Counted from the first letter of the stretch, positions 27,701 to 40,129 are shown. The stretch: DNA of 64,000 nucleotides from Octopus sinensis (GCF_006345805.1 NC_043002.1:83762001-83826000), one strand, 5' to 3'. Notes: generated by a model from the sequence alone, not told the origin. Translations and numbers: made by a program.

Positions 27701-27875
27701 GAAAATAGTTATGGCCAGGTGGTTATAGCTATGTGGTTACCCAGGGTTTCGTTTCCATAAGGCACTTAGCTTTACAGCGTCTCTTCAGACCCTAATGGTC
27801 GGGGCCTATCTTTATCTAATTACTTTGCAACTCTATAACTTAGAGTTAGCTTCTCTCTTGGATTTAAGATTTGTT

Positions 27876-27914
<39 letters not shown>

Positions 27915-28387
27915 CCCTCATCGTTTGTTTTTACTGTTTTGTTCTCATTGTTCTGTCTTTTACTCTTTTTACTGTTTTGTTCTTACTGTCCTGTTCTTGT
28001 TACCACTTTTACCCTCCGCAAAAATTCCCAAATTTTATTTAATTTACTTTGCGGGAAGGGCTGTTTCAACGAAGTCATGTCTTGTCCTTACCTTCGTAAC
28101 GTGGAGTAGATGAAATAGGAACAACTGAAGAAGGGGAATATTCCTTGTGTTGTATGTCTCGTTTCTCTGTTTTTTTCGTTGTTTGAAAAAAGGTTCGTTT
28201 CTAAGTTTTTGCTTTTATGTTTTCGCTTCTCATTGTGTTCAACGTTTTTTGATGTCCTGTACCCATACATGCATGTATATATACATATATATGTAGGTAT
28301 GTACATATATGTATGTATATATGCATATATTTATATATTATTTATACTATTATATGATCGAACATCACACATCCTTTTCCAAGTAAG

Positions 28388-28476
<89 letters not shown>

Positions 28477-28541
28477 AAAAAATGAAGTTCGAAAATGCTG
28501 CTGTATTATACAATTTTTAATTTTTATATATATACATTATA

Positions 28542-28574
28542 ACATGTTTCAGTTCCTGAAATGAACCTTATCAA
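28542..28574 (-). ncRNA. Candidate minimal hammerhead ribozyme (U3-A8 core variant) in the 3' pLTR; second copy at 33481-33513
   Basis: Minus strand: UUGAUAA-GGUUC-auuucag-GAACU-GAAA-CAUG-U-U; 5-bp stem II, palindromic ACAUGU stem III, weak stem I. Confidence 0.45.
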
Positions 28575-28620
28575 AAAAAGTTATATATAAAAGAGACAGC
28601 TCCTCATGTCAATTCAGCGT

Positions 28621-28950
28621 AGCGTGACGTCATCAACGTTTTACCACAGTCGCTTCGTTAGTCAAGTAGAACGGGACGTCATCATTATTTTGACCAATCG
28701 CTGCATTATAACTGCCTCTTGTTGTTTCCTGTCTGACCAGTCGCTTCGTTAGTCAAGCAGAACGGGACGTCATGCAGATTCTGCCCAATCACGACTTATA
28801 GCTACATTAGATCTGCCCCCTGTCTGTACTTGTTAGGTGACTATTCAAGCAGAAAGGACGTCATCAATATTCTGACTAATGCTGTCCCCTGTTTGTATCC
28901 TGTCCATTCTAGCTGAGCTAGACGTCCATCAACTTGTTGACCAATCAGAA
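28621..28950. promoter_or_regulatory. Tandem ~91-bp units, each with GACGTCA-N12-CCAAT
   Basis: GACGTCA at ~28626, 28676, 28767 and 28858; CCAAT/CTAAT 12 nt after the last three; a further GACGTC..CCAAT at 28921-28945. Confidence 0.55.
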
Positions 28951-31900
28951 TCGGGTCTGACCCTTAGCTGTATCGTATGTATCAGGGTCAGATTTGCACG
29001 AAAGAATTTTTTTTTCCCTTTTTTACTTAGGTATATTTCCGTCGGAGTGAGTGTCTGTTTGAAGTAGCGGTCGTGGTGGAATTTTGCTTCTCCTTTTCGG
29101 AGGACTTATCTTTTGTTTTAGTATTCCTGGCCCAGGGTTTAAACTTGGTCTAAATTTTTTTATGAAATATAGTTCTTTATTTTGGCGTTGTGTGAAGGTT
29201 GCGTTGTCACTGAATTTATAGAGCGGGTTTTTTTTTTTTATTGTAAATTTCGATTTACATTTCCAGCACATCTATCTATGTGTCCGCTGACCGGTATTTT
29301 GCGGTAATCAGGGTTTCTAATTTGTGATTATGCACCGTCATCCTGTTACGTAAGCTATTTTTTGTATGGCCTATATACTGCCTATTGCAGCCTGCGCATG
29401 TTATGACGTAAATTAAGTTTTCTGATGCGCAGGTGAAGTTTGTTCTAATGGTGAACTGGTGGCCTTGTTCCAGTATAAATTCTGATCCTTCTTTCAAGAT
29501 GACACAGATTCCGCAGTTGGGCCTTCCACATTTTCTAACTGCTGGTTTGCGGTGATGTTGAGTGCAGTGTAGCTTGGGTTAAAATCCTTTTCAAGGATTT
29601 TGGTTGCCGTTTACTTTTAATGATGGTGTGTGTTTCGAGGATCCGGTTCATCTTTGGGTCTCCCTTTAGTAGGGCTGTGCTTTGTAGTATGGTGTTGAAG
29701 GCCTCATTGTTGAGTGGGTTGTGTGTAGAAATGTAGGGAAGGGTTTTTAATTGTTCTTCTTTTTTTTGGTTTTGTTTGTCTCAGGTCTTCTATACTTAAT
29801 TTAAGTACCCGTTGGATTGCACTGTCTATTAGGGGCTGTGGATAGTTTCTATTTGTGAGTGTGGTTCTAAGTTCCTGGAGACGTGTGTGTCGGGTGTTTG
29901 TGTCTGATATTATGGTGCAAATCCTTCTAGCTAACAAAAAGGACATTCATTCTAGTGTGTCGTGGGTGGCATGAATCAAAGGGTAGGTACTGTTTAGAGT
30001 CTGTCGGTTTATAGTAGATATCTGTCTCTATTTTGTTGCCGGTTTTCTTAATGAGGATGTCTAAAAATGGTAATTCTTTTTCGTTGTGGTCCATCGTGAA
30101 TTGTATATTGTCATTTATTCCATTTAATAGTATTTTTAATTCCTCCTCAAGTTTCTCTCTACCTTTGTCCCAGATGATGAAACAGTCATCGAGGTATCTT
30201 TTCCGTTGTTATGGATATAGGTGGCGGAGGTGTTTCCATATTTCTCGAGTCATCCGGTATAGTATTTTCTCGAGTATCCCATCACTAGGTTGGCAAAAGA
30301 TGGTGCAGTACGCGTGCCCATCGCTGTTCCCGATCTTTGCCTGTAGAAATCATGTCAAAAATAAAATAATTGTTCTTTAAATGAATCTAAGTCCTTCTAT
30401 TATAAGGTCTTTGTTTATGCGAGTTGGGTTCAAAGGGGTAGTTATTCAGCCAGAAGGTGATCGCTTCTATTCCTAGGTTGTGAGGGATGTTAGAATAAAG
30501 ATTAACTACGTCGAATGATACTAGAAGGGTTTTCTCATTGACTGTTTTAGGGAGGTGGTTGAGCATATCTATATCGTCTCTTACGTAGCTTTTGATGTGT
30601 TTTAGGAAAGGTTTAAGAAGTGTGTCTAAGAAATTGCTGAGGCGGTGAGTTTCACATGCTGGTCCTGCTATTATCGGTCTTAGTTTAAGATCATTTGGTG
30701 AAGGGATTTTGATGAGTGTGTCGGTGGATGTTTTGCACGTTTCTCTAATGGTTTGGCTTTTGTGTACCTTAGGGATACCATAGAACAAACTCGATTTGCA
30801 TTTGAAGTTAGTGATGTATTCATACTCCTTGTTCGTGAGTCCTTCTTGGTATGTGTTGATTAAAGTCCTAAGGTTATGCATTATTTTTTGCTGGTTATAC
30901 TGTTGGGCCCTTTCATAATACGTTTCATCTCTTAATAGGGATAGCACTAAATTTTTATAATTGTTTGTATTCATTATTACTATCGCGTTGCCCTTATCTG
31001 CCTCCTTAATTGTTATTGTTTTGTCTTCTCTTAGTTTGATGAGGTCGTTCCATTCTCTTTTTGAAGTTAGGGCTGTGTTTTTGTTTCTTGATGAATTGAA
31101 ACGGGAAATTAGTTATGTAGTCACAATAGCGGTCTAAGGCTTTATTCTTACCTTTGGTGGGGGTGTAATTGCTCTGTTGTTTCTAGCTATTGAGTCCTCC
31201 TCTATTTTTTGTCTTGAAATGCCTCGGTGAGTCTTAGTTTTCTGCAAAATTCCGAAATATCATCTTTCATTTCATAGTAATTAGAACGTTGTGGTGTGGG
31301 TGTAAATTTAAGTCCTTTGGAGAGTATGCTTATTTCGTTAGGTGTAAGTTCTTTGTTTGAGAGATTGATTATCTTAATTACCTGAGGTTTCTGTTGTTTG
31401 TCCTTTGCCATCGTGTGTCCCTGTTCCTGTGTGTGGGGTCTAAAAAATGGTTGGTGTAGTTATGTTCAAAGCTATTATTTATCTGTCTCATGTTGTTATA
31501 ATTGTCAGAGTGAGTTTGTGGTGCTCTGTTCTGGAGTCTGTTGTTGAACCTAGTGTTCCGTCTTAGTTCCTCAGGTATATTGTGTTGGTAGTTGTTTCCT
31601 CCGTAGTGCATTTGTTGTTTGTTATGGTTGTATGGTTGGTTCCTGGGGTGGATGTTTGGTAGTAGCGTTTTGGTTTGGTTATGTGGGTTGTATTTTATAG
31701 TATTATATGTTGTGGCTCTTAGGTTCGTGGAATGGTGTGGTGGGACCCTATAAGTGTTTTGGGGTTGTGTAGGTAGTGTGGGGTGCGTTTTAAATGCATT
31801 TTTCTGGTGTAGAGTGTGTTTGGATTTCTTGGTGGTTGTTCTGCTCTGTTGGTATGTCTATTTTCGAACTGGTGTGGTGGGCTTCTGTAGGTGTTTTGGG

Positions 31901-32005
31901 GTTGGTGTAGGTAGTGTGGGGTGTGTTTTAGGTGTACTTTTCTGGTGTAGAGTGTGGTAGGATTTCTTGGTGGTTGTTCCGTTCTGTTGGTATTTGGTTT
32001 TGATT

Positions 32006-32573
32006 TGTAGTGATCCTACAACGGCGCGCGCTCGCGCACCGTCCATTTGTATTTCGCGCGTGTTGGTGCCTTCACAAAGGCACAGAAAGGAAGGGCCCTC
32101 TCGGAAGCACGACCCTGGCCAGGGCAGGGGGATCGTGGAACGTTTGACCACTAGCAGCAGCAAGCGGCGACTTGGGACCCAGCGATTGAATGCGGCGGTC
32201 ACGCATATATTCTCTCCGGTTGATAGCAGCAGTCGGCCGAATGCCTTAACCAAATTGTTGCCGACCACATTCAACTTCCCTGTTCGACGACGCCATTTGA
32301 CCCCTTTCTGGTTTAGCGGCTGGACATTGTAAATATTACAATCTATTAACTTTCAGCCTTGCGCGCCCAGAATCAAGGACATCAGATAACACACTTATTG
32401 TTATTGTTACCAAGAAAGAGAATAAAGTAGTTATATATATTTCACGTCTGCGTCTTGTTGTTTCTGACTAGTAGAATTCTGGATTATTAAAGCAACGGCT
32501 AGTGAGTGATTGCTTTCTTGTACCCCGAAAGTACAAGACAAGATAATCACACCTTCACACGAAGTTCGTTACA
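32006..32573 (+). mobile_element. Solo LTR (Gypsy-like) inserted in the Penelope element
   Basis: Termini TGTA...TACA, 4-bp TSD GATT (32002-32005, 32574-32577), AATAAA at 32421, GC-richer than its host; removing it rejoins the Penelope sequence. Confidence 0.82.
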
Positions 32574-33905
32574 GATTTGCTTAATTTTATGAAGGGGTTG
32601 TTGGATATGTGTTCATTTTTGAAGTTGGTTTCATAATCTAGAAACCATATGGCGCTCTTTTCCCATCGTTGGAGGGACTTAAGTTCCTCTTTTTCACATT
32701 CTTCATTCCATAGTGCTGGTAATGTTTCAGTATTGTTGTCGTCTATTAGTTTGATGACTTCTTCGTTGATTTCCTCGTCTATGGTTTTTACTTTTTCTTC
32801 ATTCGTTTTAGCTCTCAGCTTAAGTAGTTCTATTTCCATCTTCATTTTTTCTAATGACATTTTTTCTCTAAGTTTTCTTTGTTCTTCTGGTTCTTCCGAG
32901 ATGGGTTTGATTTGTAATTTACGGGGTATGACTAGGGGTGTTGAGTCTAGCCATTTTGGTAAATCTCTGCTTTATTCTGATTTTGTATCATTTTCCAAAA
33001 AGCGAATTTTCTGTTTCGCTGTAGTGTTCTCCATTGGGGGAGGACTTGGTTCTTTATTTGTAATGTTGAAGTTGCTCGGTTCTTCTCATGGTGTTCCTTC
33101 TTTTGTTGCTCTTGTTTCGTAAAGTTTGTGAAGAATGTCGTCATTGTATCGCATAGATTTTCAACTTTCTCGAATATTTCGGAGGGTGTTTTATTCGATT
33201 CGGTTTCCTCGTTAGTTTGTGTAGAAGGTCGAGGTGTTAATTGAGTTTGTTTAACACTGCTGTTAGGTTTAAATTTATGCTTTTTAATTCTTTCAGTATC
33301 TCTTCATTTATTGAGGAGATGTCGTTGGTGTCTTTTTTAGCAGGCATTTCGGGAGCTCGTACGTGATATGATATTTATAATAGGATTAGCTCGTATACGA
33401 GTAGGTATATATTTGTAAAAAATGAAGTTCGAAAATGCTGCTGTATTATACAATTTTTAATTTTTATATATATAATTATAACATGTTTCAGTTCCTGAAA
33501 TGAACTTTATCAAAAAAATTTATATATAAAAAAAGACAGCTCATGCCGTCAAAACACAAGAAATTCATTTATAATACACAACGGAGTCAGACATCTTAGA
33601 GTTCATGTATAGTTGATATATAGTTCATGTATAGTTGATATATAGTTTGAAGTATATGTTCAAAGTGTTCGATGCAGTGGCCCATGGTGGCGATACGTAT
33701 TCAATACAAAAAACAGATCAAAGTGGTGGAAAGCGGTCAATACAGAAGATTGATGTTTCCGAAAGAGCGAGGAATTCATTTTTACCTTAAGCAAATGTGA
33801 TGACCCATGGTGGATGTTCGCTGGGTGGTTCTAATGAGTTTTTGTGAAGTGCTCGGTTTTATAATGCCTGTTAGGTGGTCAATTCAGCGTAGCGTGACGT
33901 CATCA

Positions 33906-33965
<60 letters not shown>

Positions 33966-34289
33966 TATATATGTATGTATGTATGTATGTAAGTATGTAT
34001 GTATATATATGTATATATATATATATAATATATATATATAATATATATATATATATAATATTATATATATATATAGTAGGGAATATAATTCGAAACTTAC
34101 AGGGAAAAATTCAATTTAGCAATTCTAAATCAAATTCACAATATATGATATATGTATATAATTAAGAAAAATAACCTCTATTAGGTAATTCAATAGTGAA
34201 AGGCATTATCTATATTATATATTAAAAAATTTAAATATACTATAATAAATATTATTAAAGAAATCACTAAATTAAATAAGCATTAAATT

Positions 34290-34390
34290 GACTATGCGCG
34301 TTTCGTGACTATATCTTTAAAACGATAATAATAAAATCGATACTATTAAAATTAATTCGATTTAAAAATATAGCCGCTCTTCAGGTTAAA
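34290..34390 (-). ncRNA. Degenerate hammerhead motif in a Penelope-type terminal remnant
   Basis: Minus: CUGAAGA-GCGGCUAUAU-(~55 nt)-AUAUAGUCAC-GAAAC-GCGC; 9 of 10 stem II pairs; U16.1 mutated. Confidence 0.45.
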
Positions 34391-34589
34391 ATAATAATAT
34401 AATTAATGTATGTATCTTAAAATATAATAATTAACAAATAAATATAGGAACATACGTATCTTAACAATAAATAATCGAATAAAATATAATAATATTAATG
34501 AAAAATATAATCATAACTTATCTTTTTGAAGAATTACAGTTAACTGATATATGGATATATAAATGTATATATATATATCTTTTCCTCTT

Positions 34590-34850
34590 TTCCTTGCTTC
34601 AGTCATTTGACTGCGGCCATGCTGGAGCACCGCCTTTAGTCGAGCAAATCGACCCCGGGACTTATTCTTTGTAAGCCCAGTACTTATTCTATCGGTCTCT
34701 TTTGCCGAACCGCTAAGTGACGGGGACGTAAACACACCATCATCGGTTGTCAAGCAATGCTAGGGGGACAAACACAGACACACAAACATACACACACACA
34801 TATATATATACATATATACGACGGGCTTCTTTCAGTTTCCGTCTACCAAA
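34590..34850. mobile_element. SINE-like family ttacttgtttcagtcatttgactgcggccatgctggagcacc; copies at ~1990-2340, 35450-35640, 37480-37660, 39270-39470, 41405-41590, 59620-59800, 60845-61230, 63630-63860
   Basis: Repeated ~250-bp body ending in (CA)/(TA) microsatellite, often followed by a gggcttctttcagtttccgtctaccaaatcc module. Confidence 0.8.
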
Positions 34851-35002
34851 TCCACATATATATAAATCTTTAGGTAAATATATTCAATAAGAATATTATA
34901 TACTGAATTTATATTGAGTGCTCCATTGTATAAAAATATTAATACTATTAAAGTATTTATATATTTAATATGAGCGATATATACATATATTTTTTAATAA
35001 TA

Positions 35003-35059
<57 letters not shown>

Positions 35060-35247
35060 AGAAAATCAATATCCAAACTCATCATAACGATATACCCGTG
35101 TGAAAGACTATATTGTATTAAAAATATATATGAATAAATAAATATAAAAATATAAATATAATGTATAAAATAAATTTGATAATTTAAAAATTTTGAAATA
35201 ATCATTTACGCATCTTACGATCGTTTCACAGATATATTATTAAAAAA

Positions 35248-35305
<58 letters not shown>

Positions 35306-35656
35306 ATACAACAAGTTACCATACGGTTTCCATTTACCAAATTCCCTCACAATGCATTGGTTGGCCCAGGTACCGCGTAGTAGGACTGAACCACAAACTA
35401 CATGGTTGCAAAGCAAGCTTCGTAACCACACAGCCATGTTTGCACCACCTCATTGAAGGATTTTAGTCAAACAAAACGACCCCAAAACCTATTATTTTAA
35501 GTCTAGTACTTATTCTGTTGGTCTTTTTTGCCGAATCACTAGGTTATGGGGGGTGTAAACACGCTAACACCAGTTGTCAAGTGGTGATGGTAGGGGAGAC
35601 AAATACAGACACACATACACGCATAGATATATACATATATATATACATATATATAT

Positions 35657-35948
35657 AGCGTGGAAGGTGTTTGTAAGCCATTTAAGAAACACACAAAAGC
35701 CGTTCGATTCACTTCAACCTTTAAGTTTAATTTGTCAAAATATTTTCGTCGCTATAAGACCGCGACCTGTTCACTGACAAAAATATCCGAGATGCATCAC
35801 GGATTTTTGATGCAGCACGGATTTTTGTCAGTGAACAGGTCGCGGTCTTAAAGCGACGAAAATATTTTGACAAATTAAACTTAAATGTTGAAGTAAATCG
35901 AACGGCTTTTGTGTGTTTCTTAAATGGCTTACAAACACCTTCCACGCT
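35657..35948. mobile_element. Palindromic MITE-like element (~128-bp arms)
   Basis: agcgtggaaggtgtttgtaagcc...cactgacaaaaat is mirrored by atttttgtcagtg...ggcttacaaacaccttccacgct. Confidence 0.85.
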
Positions 35949-36019
35949 GCAATTGTTTTCGTTCCAGCACACGATCTCAGATCAAATCACTTGCTATGCA
36001 AGTACATCTCCGTAGATAT

Positions 36020-36490
36020 ATATATATGGTGGTTGTCTACTCCTTATGCAGAGTTTGACCATCTCCCGTACCTACACCTGAGCTCCATCATGACATCTGA
36101 TGTGGCTTTTTAAACCAGACAATGTTCTAAAAAGATACCCACACAGATTGCACATCTGATTTGGACCACCAAGAGCTGCAGATAAGTTCTTTGTGGATCT
36201 TAAAATGTCTTGAGGCCTCTGTTCGATTTTCAAACCTTCTGGCATACACTGCATTCAAAGGTGTGCACAGACATATAGGCAGAATAGTTGGTGGAGGTTC
36301 CTTTTCCCATGTGTTCGCAAATGAGATTTGAGCCCAGCAAAAGAAAGGTATGGTCTGTCACAAACTGTGCACACAAAAAGGTCATTGTCATTCACCTTTT
36401 CGATCGTAGCATTCTTCCTTAGATCTCTTTTGAGCCTTACATCTGTTATCCTGGCCTCTTCAAACACTTTCACCCCACTCCACACTTTTG
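36020..36490 (-). mobile_element. RTE LINE 3' end encoding tandem C2H2-like zinc fingers
   Basis: FEEAR...KRDLRK...CTVCDRPYLSFAGLKSHLRTH and CNLCGYLFRTLSGLKSHIRCH, followed by a short 3' UTR and a (TA)n tail. Confidence 0.8.
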
Positions 36491-37137
36491 TTTGCCATCA
36501 AACACATTATATATACATATGACGGGATTCTTTCAGTTTCCATCTACCAAATCCATTCACAAAGCTTTGGTTGGCCCAAGGCTACAGCAGAAGACACTTG
36601 CCCAAGGTGCCATGCAGTGGGACTGAACTCAGAACCGTGTGGTTGAGAAGCAAACTTCATATTACATTGCCACGCTTTTGCCTATGCACACAGCAATGCC
36701 TGCATCTATGCACACACACACACATACGCACACATGCACACACACACGCACAATGCACACACACACACACACACACACATTTTGGTAAACCCTAGGGTAA
36801 CAGTAGATGTTAAACACACTGATTCTAGACACTGTGCTGAGATCACAACCACAACCGAGTGGCCATGAAACCAGCTTCTAGAGAACAAGTCTGTGGAAGT
36901 GTCTAAATAAGACACCTAGATAAACCTATGAAAGGTCAAAGAATAAATATTACTGATACCAGCAGTTTAATAGATAAAGTAGAAGAAAGTTGAGAGTGTG
37001 ATACAACCTTTTTAATTCAGATCAGAGTAGTTTTCGTTATTTTGTTTAGAAGTCAACAATACTTGAAAGATAAGATTACATTAAGAGTGTATTTAAATTT
37101 CATTTGACTATCGAGAATTATCAACGAATTTATAAGC

Positions 37138-37240
<103 letters not shown>

Positions 37241-37661
37241 CGTGCGTGCATGTGTGTTTGTAATGTAATATGTTATGTAATATTGTTTATGTAAGGACTA
37301 AAGTTTATTTCTGCTGTCCTTGAAAACATTTGTCGTTATTATCATTGTCAGCGACAGGAGGAGCGGCGGAGGCAGAGAAGACAGTGACAGGGGCAGAGGC
37401 GGCAGCAGTGGCGTTGGCAGTAACAGCAGCAACGGCAGTGGGGACAGCAACAGAAACAATGACAGTCATTTGACTACAGCCTTGTTGGGGCGCTGACTCG
37501 AAGGGTTTTAGTTGAGTAAATCGACCCTAGGACTTTTTTAAAGCCTAGTGCTAGTACTTAATCTATCATCTCTTTTGTCGAACTGCTAAGTTACGAGGAA
37601 GTAAACACACCAATACCAGTTGTCAAGTGGTAGTGGGAGACAAACACAAAGACACACACAT

Positions 37662-37699
<38 letters not shown>

Positions 37700-38344
37700 G
37701 TAAAGTATACTAGCCATCTCAATATGGCTAACCAAGGGTGGGTGTTACTGTAGCTTTTAGCCCCAGGAGATCATCGTCTCCAGCTGACTTTAGGCACACT
37801 TTCTGTACCCTTATGGTATTTGCAAAGGGAGGTCATCCCTCTCTCGTAAACCTATGTGATACGCACGGACTGCAGTTTCGAGGTATTTGCCTCTTGTCAA
37901 CGTACGGTAATCACCGGTTTTCGATGAAGAGAGACCTGCTTGCAAATATCTATTTAATGTTTTTCCCAGTAACTATTGTCACTGATTTCGAAATATATAT
38001 ATATATATATTATTTATTATTATTTATGCGCCCTTTTCAAGCCTAGCCAGGCTCATGGGCCCGGTTTCCCGGTTTCTGTGGCATATGTGTTCCCCCCAGC
38101 TGGACGGGACGCCAGTCCATCGCAGCGTTACTCAAGAAACAGGAAGAAAGAGCGAGAGAAAGTTGAGGCAAAAGAGTACAACAGGGGTCGCCACCACCCT
38201 CTGCCGGAGCCTCGTGGAGCTTTAGGTGTTTCCGCTCAATAAACACACACAACGCCCTGTCTGGGAACCGAAACCGCGATCCTCCGACCGCGAGTCCGCT
38301 GCCCTACCACTAGGCCATTGGGCCTACACACACACACACACACA

Positions 38345-38429
<85 letters not shown>

Positions 38430-38437
<8 letters not shown>

Positions 38438-39188
38438 ATTAGGGCTTAGTAAAATAAATTACTTTGCCACATACTGAACTTAGTAGAAATAGCAGCCAAA
38501 AAAAAATTTTCTTAGCATTTCTACTACTTAAAGAAAATTTCTCTCAGATAATGTTTACTCTAGACAGCTCACGAAGGTCCTTTTACATACTGAACACTTG
38601 GTGAAATTGATTAATTAATTAATTTTACCCTCAATTGTTGATATTATAATTCATATCTCTCGGTCATACTGCCTCGGTTCTCGCGGTTAAAATATAATGT
38701 TTGCTAGATAGACTACGTGGGTGGAATAGGGAGTGCAGAATTTTACGCCTGCGCATTTTGAATTTGTTGACACTGTTAGTTGGAGTGGTTCATCTGAAGC
38801 GACAAGTCGCTGATAGGTAAAGTTCCTTCTTTTTAGTGTTTCCAAATCCAAATTAAGAAATTTTGAGCTGACGAAAGAAATGCTGATTTTATTTGGCTAA
38901 TCTTGAAACGTTGACGTACTCAAACGATCTATTTTTCTGTATTTACCCCCAAACCTTCGTGAGCTGTCTAGAGTAAACATTATCTGAGAGAAATTTTCTT
39001 TAAGTAGTAGAAATGCTAAGAAAATTTTTTTTGGCTGCTATTTCTACTAAGTTCAGTATGTGGCAAAGTAATTTATTTTACTAAGCCCTAATTATATAAT
39101 GTAATATTTTGAATTCGCCTTAAATGGTCCTTTTACATACTGAACACTTGGTGAAATTGATTAATTAATTAATTTTACCCTCAATTGT

Positions 39189-39194
<6 letters not shown>
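38430..39194. repeat. Complex local rearrangement A-B-X-A'(inverted)-Y-B between (TA)n tracts
   Basis: 38430-38577 is the reverse complement of 38954-39100; 38576-38644 is repeated directly at 39126-39194. Confidence 0.85.
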
Positions 39195-39268
<74 letters not shown>

Positions 39269-39470
39269 TTTTGTTCTTTTACTTGTTTCAGTCATTTGAC
39301 TGCGGCCATGCTGGAGCACTGCCTTAAAGGGTGTTAGTCAAAGAAATCGACCCCAGGACTTATTCTTTGTAAGCTTAGTACTTATTCTATCGGTCTCTTG
39401 TACAGAACAGTTAAGTTATAGGGACTTAAAAACACCAGCATCGATTGTCAAGCAATGGCGGGGATGGGGG

Positions 39471-40115
39471 TGTAGCGTACACTTGAGTGAAATTCCTCAT
39501 TTCTCTATTATATATACATACATACGAACGTAGTAGATAGCAGCTAGCCTTTGGCTGCAGTTTGGACCCTGTTGTGTACACTACTCTGATTGGTTGGCAT
39601 TGGCGCAATTTGTCTCTATCGCACGCCAATATGCAACCCAACCAATCGCAGCCTTCAAATAAGGTCACGTGTGACAGCCTGTTTTTCTACCTCAGCTGAA
39701 CCTATAACTCCTTATAAAAAACCTAACTTTTCCTCGGCTTGATGTCTTTGGTTTCAGACCTTTTAAGGTCTGGTCACTGACCAGACAAGACACCGCCAGT
39801 TCCAGCGATAGCACAACAGCAGCCACATGGAAAGTCATCAACTTCGTCCAACAGCATTCAGCGACCTCCATCTCCGCCGCCACCATTCGTCCTAACGTCA
39901 ACAACTCAACAAGCAACTTACTCAGGTTACAACACTGCACTGTTCGTGAACTATTTCACAATGGATCAACAGCGAATAGACAATCTGCGAGAACTCCTGT
40001 ACCAAGTGACTCAGGCAGCAGCACCACAGCCACAACTTCACGTACGACATGTACCGCAACCGGCTCTGCATCATCGCCGCAACTTCTTGATAGAGTATTT
40101 CGACTATCGTGTACA
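39471..40115 (+). mobile_element. LTR-like promoter-bearing segment of unclear family
   Basis: Starts TGTAG where a SINE is cut off; CCAAT boxes (39588, 39641), CACGTG, and TATAAAAA at 39713. No TSD found. Confidence 0.35.
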
Positions 40116-40129
40116 ATTGACATTCTTGT

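Larger units (their letters stand above)
28474..33906 (-). mobile_element. Near full-length Penelope-like element (RT + GIY-YIG) with direct terminal repeats
   Basis: Minus-strand IINLSNKELTPNEISILSKGLKFTPTP (31202-31411), RT YGIPKVHK..LRPII..SFDVVNLYSNIP (30387-30974), GIY-YIG NLIYVITCAGCNRQYIGHT (29276-29497). 28474-28637 is repeated at 33410-33545 plus 33879-33906. Confidence 0.93.

Noticed and set aside
28621-28950. Regularly spaced repeats resembling a CRISPR array
   Set aside because: Eukaryotic context, whole units are homologous rather than repeat plus unique spacer, and there are no cas genes.
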